Source: Octopus sinensis
Lineage: Eukaryota
Assembly: GCF_006345805.1 (NCBI RefSeq)
Contig: NW_021828801.1
Location: 1 to 7,326, forward strand
DNA length: 7,326 nt
Direction: 5' to 3'
The notes below the pieces were generated by a model. That model saw nothing but the letters and a program-made list of their open reading frames with translations, was not told the origin of the DNA and ran no database searches. Within the stretch, counting starts at the first letter, position 1. Each line of letters starts with the position of its first letter. Position numbers and translations under genes: made by a program. This document shows, piece after piece, positions 1 to 6,330 of the stretch.

Positions 1-598
1 TATGTAATAAACATTGAAGCAATATTAATAATCCTAATCAATAACCAATTTGCAGCTGAAAGTGGTTAAGCTCTTCAGACGTCAAAATTTGAAGATTTTT
101 TAATTTCAAATAAACAATTTCTATTCTGATTTGACTTTACGCACCCATATGCAGTATGCTTTCCATTTAAGTCTCCAATAAGAATTGGATTTTCATTTTC
201 TTCCATAAAATTTTTGACAATCGACGAATAGTCTTTTAACTTTTTAAATGCCTTCAACGGAAGAAGTTTTTAGAAGTTTTTAAATCAATTGATGTTAATT
301 AACATACATTCTGTTCAATTATTCTTGGATTCCGAATATCAATAGACGTTTGGTAAAATATTAGTGTTCCTATTCTAGCGTTAGAAGGGATATCAATTGA
401 GCTGTATCCAGAGATAGTGATACTTCAAGACTTCTTCATTTTCGTCTCGTTAATAATAAATACATCCATCTGAACTTTGTTGATAAGAGCTTTCAGCTCT
501 GCTGCCCGCTTTCGGAGAGAGGTGGCATTAACCAGGATAATCCTAGTTACATTTGATTTATTTGGTTGGTGCTTTCTTCTTCGAGGAGAGTCACAAAT
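1..598 (-). pseudogene. Degenerate APE (exonuclease-endonuclease-phosphatase) domain at the N-terminus of a LINE ORF2; runs off the left edge of the window
   Basis: Manual minus-strand translation from 544 gives RIILVNATSLRKRAAELKALINKVQMDVFIINETKMKKS*SITISGYSSIDIPSNARIGTLIFYQTSIDIRNPRIIEQNVC*, with stops at 425-427 and 299-301. After a frameshift, ORF 75-257 continues NPILIGDLNGKH. The N-terminal xN motif, D-x4-ET motif and GDxN motif (G at 174-176) occur in the order expected for LINE APE domains. Confidence 0.8.
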
Positions 599-1175
599 CC
601 AAATAAAAACTTGGCATCTTTTTGAGTTCTGGTCACATTCTTAATAAACCTTTTGAGCTCACTGATTAAATCAGCTCGAGGTCTACCGGTCATTGACCCA
701 ACTCCTAAAGTCGACAAAGTGAACAGCCGAGTGAAACATATTTGTTTCCCTTGTCTTTATTACAACTTCAGGTGTTTTCCTAACTCTTGGAACGTTCTAT
801 CATGGCTTCAAGGTTGCATTTTTCATATTTTTGGTCGATTTTGACATTTTCAGAAGCTTCTGTTAACAGTTTCTGCAGCAATATTTTTACATTTTTCATC
901 TTTGGAGCTTTTTCAGCTTTCTAACAACCTCAGTGAACCGCAGTTGACATATTTTTCATGTTAGATTCCTTGAAATCTCTTGAGCTTTTCCATGATTAGT
1001 GATAGGCAGTCTCACTTCCTTTTTCTCTAAGCGTTCGGAGTCATTTTTCCTTTCACTTTGCCCTTTGGAAAGTCTTCGAGCCCCTCAATTTCGATCGAAA
1101 ATGAGAAATTTGTCAAGGAAACATTCAAAAATGTCCTTAATGTACGATCTTTACGAAGTAATACGATTTTTGGAA
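547..1175 (-). pseudogene. Possible ORF1 (gag-like) remnant of the same LINE
   Basis: It lies directly upstream of, and on the same strand as, the APE domain. A stop-free frame 759->547 (RQGKQICFTRLFTLSTLGVGSMTGRPRADLISELKRFIKNVTRTQKDAKFLFGFVTLLEEESTNQINQM*) overlaps the APE frame. Farther upstream there are only broken Cys-containing fragments (ECFLDKF, YVNCGS, CCRNC) and no intact CCHC knuckle. The call is mainly positional. Confidence 0.3.
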
Positions 1176-1185
1176 ATTATATGCG

Positions 1186-1200
1186 TTTTTTTTTGTTTTT
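1186..1200 (-). repeat. A-rich tail of the CRE-like element
   Basis: The plus strand reads T9-G-T5 at 1186-1200, so the minus strand reads TAAAAACAAAAAAAAA, beginning at the inferred stop codon. Confidence 0.5.
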
Positions 1201-1560
1201 AACCATTCGTCGTCGAGTGGATGGACAGGGAATTTCCAAATAATATTCCAGCAATACTTGTTGAAAAAGCCAGCTCGTTTAGCGACTGTCGTGATTCCTC
1301 CTCGAGATGATTCAACCAATCTTTGAAATGAGTGTGAGTGCTTTTGGACCAATTACCCCACTGGTTTTGAAAGCTAGGGCAATAATTGTCTACCGAGGAA
1401 GTATACTTTGCGATTTTTTTAATTTCAGCAAGAGCGGGAACGGATTCAGACGTAAAGCAGAGTCTATGAGCGATTATGAGGAAAAAGAGTTTTCACAAAT
1501 TACTTCCTATACAATGGCAAGTCTCATCTTGAATGGGAATAATGTAGACCCGTCAGGACG
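1199..1560 (-). pseudogene. Decayed C-terminal restriction-like endonuclease (PD-(D/E)xK) domain of a CRE-like non-LTR retrotransposon
   Basis: Stitching minus-strand frames gives RPDGSTLFPFK..IV*EVICENSF (TAG at 1507-1509 in the place of W), then ALAEIKKIAKY (AEIKKIAKY at 1429-1403), IALAFKTSGVIGPKALTLISKIG, HDSR*TSWLFQ and SIAGILFGNSLSIHSTTNG* (stop 1199-1201). This follows the CRE-type pattern I recall: RPDGxTLxPW..WDxT..AExxKxxKY..PxAxETxGxxG..FLxQRxSxAxQRGNAxS. Confidence 0.75.
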
Positions 1561-2229
1561 AACTTGAATTAATCATATATTTGCCAAATATTTTTTTCTA
1601 AAAAATCATTTGGTTTATGGATAATTTCTGGATGCTTAAAACTTGATGATGAGGAAAATATAAATTAATCAACTATTGATCGTTTTGACTTTTTTTAATA
1701 CAAAATGCTGGAATATTTCCTTTGCCGAGCAGAACTTTGATTTAAAAAAATGGTGTTTAATTCCTGAAAAAACGTTAATACTTGATTATATGCGGTTCAA
1801 AAGTGAATTTTTAGAGATTCAATACCAATCCATGAAAAGTCACCACTAATGCTTGTGCTTTTAAATTTAAAACTCGAAAACCCATTAAAGATAGAATTTA
1901 GATTTGTTTATTCCATGTCTGGTACCAATACATTCAGTTTTATCCCCTAAAGTTACTCCCATTTGTAAAACGTTAAATATTGAAAAGTATCTCTAAATCA
2001 ATGGCTTCGGTCTTACAAAATGTTCTAAATGCAAGTCGTAAAGTAATTTAAGATATTTTTATTATCATATTCAAATTTTTGTCCCATGTTTTAAGACATT
2101 CAATTAAATGCTAACAGAGATACAATAGATAACTCTGATTTGGAAATGAAAATAAATTACCAACAATTTCGAAATTCTAAATTTTTAATAATATAAGATT
2201 ATTAAAATTTCAGTCTAATTTTAATTGAA

Positions 2230-2237
2230 ATTTAAAC
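2230..2237 (+). repeat. 8-bp target-site duplication, left copy ATTTAAAC
   Basis: Directly abuts the TIR and matches ATCTAAAC at 4412-4419 at 7 of 8 positions. TA at positions 4-5 is the known Buster target preference. Confidence 0.85.
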
Positions 2238-2251
2238 CAGTGTTTCTCAAC
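2238..2251 (+). repeat. hAT terminal inverted repeat (3' end relative to the transposase)
   Basis: CAGTGTTTCTCAAC is the exact reverse complement of 4398-4411. Confidence 0.95.
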
Positions 2252-2264
2252 CTTTTTTTCCCTG

Positions 2265-2301
2265 AGGCCCATTTTCAGGGTCATATAAAATCTCAGGCCC
2301 A
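2265..2301. repeat. hAT 3' subterminal repeats (AGGCCCA x2)
   Basis: AGGCCCATT at 2265 and at 2295. Confidence 0.8.
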
Positions 2302-2338
2302 TTGCCTTTAATAAAACTTTGATTAACAAAAAAGTATT

Positions 2339-2344
2339 TTTATT
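2339..2344 (-). promoter_or_regulatory. Candidate AATAAA polyadenylation signal of the transposase
   Basis: TTTATT on the plus strand, ~24 nt downstream of the stop codon and inside the element. The hexamer is common in AT-rich DNA. Confidence 0.35.
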
Positions 2345-2367
2345 ACATAAAAAATCTTATTAAAATG

Positions 2368-4188
2368 TCAATGACTACACTGCTCTTGATGTCTATCTAT
2401 CAATTTGTCAAGTTGAATTTCCAGATCTTGGTTCAACCTCAAACGTAAGTCTCCTCTCTTCTCAATCTGCAATTGATTGCGTTTTTTTGTGAGTAAATCG
2501 TTTGTTGCAGAAAATCCTGTCTCAACCAACCAAGTGGTGGGAAAGCCAAGTACAAACGGAACAACTTTTTCAAAGAGTAATGGATGAATCGATTCTACTT
2601 TCATCCATCCATATAAGCCATCCCTTTCAATATTTTTCATTAATACTTTGTTCTCCTTCAGTTCAAGAAGTTCTCCAGCAATAATAGGATCAATGTCTTT
2701 TTCACTTAATACGTCAAAATGTGCTATATCTATAATCCAACTAGGCGGATTCATTTCGATGATATCTTTAAATCTTCTAGTCATATCTTCTTTCAAGCAT
2801 TTCAAGTGGTCAGTGCAGCTTGCGATTACTTCTGAGCTCGGAGCAGTTTTGGCAAAATTACAAAAATAAGCAAATTCATTTTTTTGAAGATGCATCTTCC
2901 AGAGACATAACTTGTTCAAAAAAGAGCGTACTTTCTCAGCACTATCTATCAGATTAGCATTTCGCCCTTGCAGTGTCATGTTCAGTTGGTTGACATGTGC
3001 GAATAAGTCAGCCAGGTAAAAAATCCTTGCTTTTGTATCGTTGTTATTTATCACTGAAAACAAAGTCTCAGCTTTATCTTTCTGCTTCTTGCTACAAGCT
3101 TGTGTTTTCATGTCATGAACAAAAATAAGAACCATATCCCACATTTCAGCAAGACGAACTAGGGAATTTCCTTTGGAAAGCCATCTCACTTCAGTGTGCA
3201 TGAGGAGTCTCTGGTGGTCCTCATGTTCACATAAATGTTGAAATAGGCGGTCATGCAAAGCATGGCTTTGACAAAATTCACTGTTGAAACAGCGACTTTC
3301 AATGCATGTTCCATGTCATCATTGAGAGATTTAGCACAAAGATGTTCTCGATGGATGATGCAATGAATTGCCAATATATGAGGGGCAACTTTTTTTAATT
3401 TAGCTACAAAGCCATTCTGTTTGCCGGTCATAGCGCTGGCACCGTCTGTTGCAATCTGCAACAGATTTGACAGAGGGATCCCATTATCGTACAGATAGTC
3501 GTAAACAGCCGCATATATAGTGTCGCTTCGTGTGTCAATCAACTTTTTTATAAATAACATTTCTTCATGAATTGCCATTGCATCAATATATCGGACATAA
3601 GTAAGTAATAAGGCAGAATTGTTGATTGTTGTCTCATCAATTTGTAGTGAGAACTTAGAAACTTTTAATTTTTCCACAAGCTGTTTCTCGAGGTTTTCTG
3701 CCATTTCAATTTGCCTTCTCTTCACTGTGTCATTAGACAATGGGATTTTTTGTAGAATGTTGGCAGCCTGTTCTCCTAGCAGTTCTTTAGCACAGATCAA
3801 CATTGCTGGCTTCACCAGACGTTCTGCAATTGTATGTGGCTTCCCCACCTTAGCAACCAGTTCACTCACTGCATAACTGACTTTTAGTGTCTTGTTATTA
3901 TGCTCATTGCTTTTTTTAAGCAGAATTCTAAAGTTTTTGGAGCATTCTTTTGGCGTAACTCCACTTTCTTCCTGAAATAGCTGCGCTCCTTTCCAACAGA
4001 AGCAGGATGCTTCAACTGTTGATGGGCGAACAATTTTGATTTCTTCATGGAAACATTTGTCATTACTAAGCCACAGTCCACACATTCAGGCCTCTTAGAA
4101 TCAGCACTTGATGGGATGAAGCCTAGTAATAAAAATCAGTCTGGTATTTGCGTGTAGTCTTCCTTTTTTCCTTGTGTACTTTTGACAT
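2368..4188 (-). pseudogene. Buster-type hAT transposase (ZBED5/ZBED8/FAM200/SCAND3-like family), ~607 aa when three -1 frameshifts are corrected
   Basis: ATG at 4188 (MSKVHKEKRKTTRKYQTDF). BED finger CVDC...AHQQLKHP. Catalytic-type motifs LQIDETT (D), IATDGASAM (D) and WLVETGFS (E), plus CxxH (HCIIHREHL) and TEVRWLSKG. Stop TGA at 2368-2370. Frameshifts lie at the A5 run 4131-4135, the T7 run 3911-3917 and ~3263. The correction joins track ORFs 3884-4081, 3186-4085 and 2368-3258. Confidence 0.93.
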
Positions 4189-4319
4189 GAACTATACAAT
4201 CAGGCCTATAATATTTAAATTTAAATATGACAATATCATTAAATTAAAAACAATCAAATCAATTTGAAAATAATAACGAATAAAGATTTATTAGTATTAG
4301 TATTAACATATTTTCTTTG

Positions 4320-4395
4320 AGGCCCACTCCAGGCCCAATTAAATCTTCAGGCCCATTTCAAAATTTCTCAGGCCCACAAGTGGGCCTGGGGCCCA
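4320..4395. repeat. hAT 5' subterminal repeat array (AGGCCCA x4 plus an inverted copy)
   Basis: AGGCCCA at 4320, 4331, 4349 and 4370; TGGGCCT at 4381; GGGGCCCA at 4388. The motif is G+C-rich within otherwise AT-rich DNA. Confidence 0.85.
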
Positions 4396-4397
4396 AC

Positions 4398-4411
4398 GTT
4401 GAGAAACACTG
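4398..4411 (-). repeat. hAT terminal inverted repeat (5' end relative to the transposase)
   Basis: GTTGAGAAACACTG is the reverse complement of CAGTGTTTCTCAAC. Confidence 0.95.
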
Positions 4412-4419
4412 ATCTAAAC
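4412..4419 (+). repeat. 8-bp target-site duplication, right copy ATCTAAAC
   Basis: Directly abuts the TIR; one T/C mismatch against the left copy. Confidence 0.85.
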
Positions 4420-4561
4420 ACGTTTTATTAGTTTTATTGTATTGTCCTGTTGTGTCTTTATTATATATTTTAAATTAGTAAAATGATGAGATATGCACCA
4501 CTATTTGATTTTGTAATATGATTTTATCTAAACTCTGAACTGTTATTGAATTATTTGAAAT

Positions 4562-5040
4562 TTATAAATTGGTTGTTTTTAAGACATGATGACATCCGTG
4601 CACCACTCTGACATGTTTATGGTGACTAACCGGACTATCTCTGATCTTTACTAAATGCTCATTAATAAATTCTTTGTGTGTGCGTCTATCTTCTATCGCA
4701 TCAAGAATTATTTACTCCAGTTATCGTCATTCCTTAATAACTAACGATTTATCTTAGATTTATTTAAAGTTGAGGTGGAAAAATTTCATAAGTACCAGTG
4801 AACTGGGAGTAATCTGTAGCGCAAAGTAACTATAGTACCATTGGTACTAACATAAGTAAATTTTATAAACACTACTATGACTCAATCGGTCTCGAAGGAC
4901 TCACACAAGTTACATTCACTCGGTGGTTATCCGGAAAACTTTGGAGATAATACGTGCAGAACATAGGTTTGGAATGATTTCGCTGAAAGAATAGCAAAAG
5001 ATTTTGGACAAACACGGATCAACGCATTAATAAAAGTTAA
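4562..5040 (-). pseudogene. Possible relic of a LINE ORF2 C-terminus (CCHC zinc-knuckle region)
   Basis: The minus strand reads ...KFSG*PPSECNLCESFETD*VIVVFIKFTYVS (CNLC at 4914-4903), resembling the GxxPxCxxC...ETxxH....C knuckle of LINE ORF2. Downstream fragments read LLRNDDNWSK / IILDAIEDRRTHKEFINEHLVKIR. The His and last Cys are not preserved in frame. Confidence 0.25.
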
Positions 5041-6330
5041 ATAAATAAACTAACTATACAGCTTTTCTAAAACCCACTTTTTAAAACAGTAATTTTTGTG
5101 CTATATTTTGTGTATTTATATGCGTAGAATTAGTTCTTAACAATTTTAGTTTAGTTTTTAATAAATTCAATTTTTGTTAAAAACCAACATCCAAATTAAA
5201 AGTTCGGAGATACGTAATTTTTTTCTAACTGATCAAGACGGATGACCGTGTAGAGAAGTAAGATGATAAAACTAAATCGGATCTGATGTAGTAAAATTAC
5301 AAAGTGGAGAATATTAATTCCATATTTCTTTTTTTCATAGTCGAAGCGCGTAAGCTCCTAATCTACGCACGTGCTAGCCACACAGTTTTGCAATGACAAA
5401 AGAACAAGCTAGTAATGTTAATGAATCCGAATTGAAGAGTGAGGCCCGAATTGAGAAATGGGGCCTCTTATCTTTGGAGGTTTCTGTTATTGGAAAGCAG
5501 CTGTTGTATTCTTAAAACGCAATTGTTTATCAAATGTACAATACATGTTACGTAGAACAGGTTAGGAAACAGTTTTTAATCTGATTCCAATTTAAACCAT
5601 AAACTTCTTCGCTTCGGTTAAAAAAGTAAAATTTTTTCTCAATCTTTGCATTTCACAATTCAACAACAATTGATGCATTTAACGAAGAATTTAATGTTAT
5701 ACAATCAAATTACATTATAAAACTCCATCATGAATATTAAAAATCCATTGGAAAATTCTTGCATTATTTGCGAGGGTCGATTTGTTCGATTTATTTATTT
5801 ATTGTTGCCTCAGGACTACCGGTTACAAGGAAGAAAGAGAAAAGTCCTAGCTAACTAAATGATAACAGACCATAGCAATAGAGGTTTTATCCGACATGAC
5901 GAGAATCTTGGAAGACTTTCCAGAAAGGGCATGTCGATAGCTCGAAACGGGACGATTTTTTAGGTAGTTAAACAAGAGTTCGTATAGGGGACTTGCAGGA
6001 ATAAAGGTTGTTCTCACTATTTTTTGTTGCCTTTTGATGAGAACTGCCTTTAGGGTGCTGGATAAAGGTTCCGGCCAATTTTTTTGATTTAGGCATTGCA
6101 ACAACAATTAATAATAGCCATTTAATCTTTCTACTTTTTTTTAATACAAATTTTAGCCCGAGAATTAAAAAATGACACAAAATACACAAATTGACAAAGT
6201 AACCTATTGACTTCTGGTTTCCCTAGTCATGATTTTCTTTGTTTTTTATACATGATAATTTTTTAACTTTTTTAATGCAAAATTAAAATCGTTAGAAAGT
6301 TGATATTTAAAACACATGTTTATATTATAA

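Larger units (their letters stand above)
1176..1794. repeat. Candidate 10-bp target-site duplication ATTATATGCG (1176-1185 and 1785-1794) bounding a ~600-bp 5'-truncated CRE insertion
   Basis: Exact 10-bp direct repeat. One copy directly abuts the poly(T) tail, which is the geometry expected for a minus-strand TPRT insertion. The interval 1561-1784 shows only faint CRE-like residues. Confidence 0.45.
2238..4411 (-). mobile_element. Complete hAT-superfamily DNA transposon, Buster/Charlie type, 2174 bp
   Basis: Perfect 14-bp TIRs (CAGTGTTTCTCAAC), an 8-bp flanking TSD matching at 7 of 8 positions with central TA, subterminal AGGCCCA repeats, and an internal BED-DDE transposase. Confidence 0.95.

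Noticed and set aside
1-1560. A single dual-endonuclease (APE plus restriction-like, Dualen/RandI-type) retroelement
   Set aside because: The order on the minus strand is RLE, stop, A-tail, then APE, with no RT between them. Dualen elements have APE-RT-RLE in one ORF. Two separate insertions explain the data better.
653-1567. Track ORFs 653-844, 999-1202, 1058-1243, 1307-1567 (+) and 1137-1352 (-)
   Set aside because: They are antisense or off-frame to the CRE and LINE relics, mostly use non-ATG starts and have no recognisable domains.
1600-1650. Minus-strand FKHPEIIHKPNDFL resembling the end of a BED finger
   Set aside because: No upstream CxxC or other transposase sequence; too short, and it falls within the candidate CRE interval.
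2502-3876. Plus-strand ORFs 2502-2684, 2648-2869 and 3619-3876
   Set aside because: They are short, antisense to the transposase and have no motifs; shadow ORFs.
2368-4188. Domesticated host gene (ZBED5/ZBED8/FAM200-like)
   Set aside because: Intact TIRs and TSD flank the ORF closely, showing a transposon copy rather than a domesticated gene, so no gene symbol was assigned.
4320-4395. AGGCCCA repeats as a mini CRISPR array or iteron set
   Set aside because: The repeats are 7 bp with irregular 4-14 bp spacing and lie inside a hAT terminus, so they are subterminal repeats.
5325-5356. Possible 9-nt microexon (polypyrimidine-CATAG / TCGAAGCGC / GTAAGC)
   Set aside because: Splice-like motifs arise often in T-rich DNA, and no partner exons or gene are identifiable.
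1688-6150. Shared ACT(7-8)AATACAAA at ~1688 and ~6133, and AATTTAAACCA at 2229 and 5589
   Set aside because: Low-complexity AT-rich matches expected by chance, with no boundary logic.
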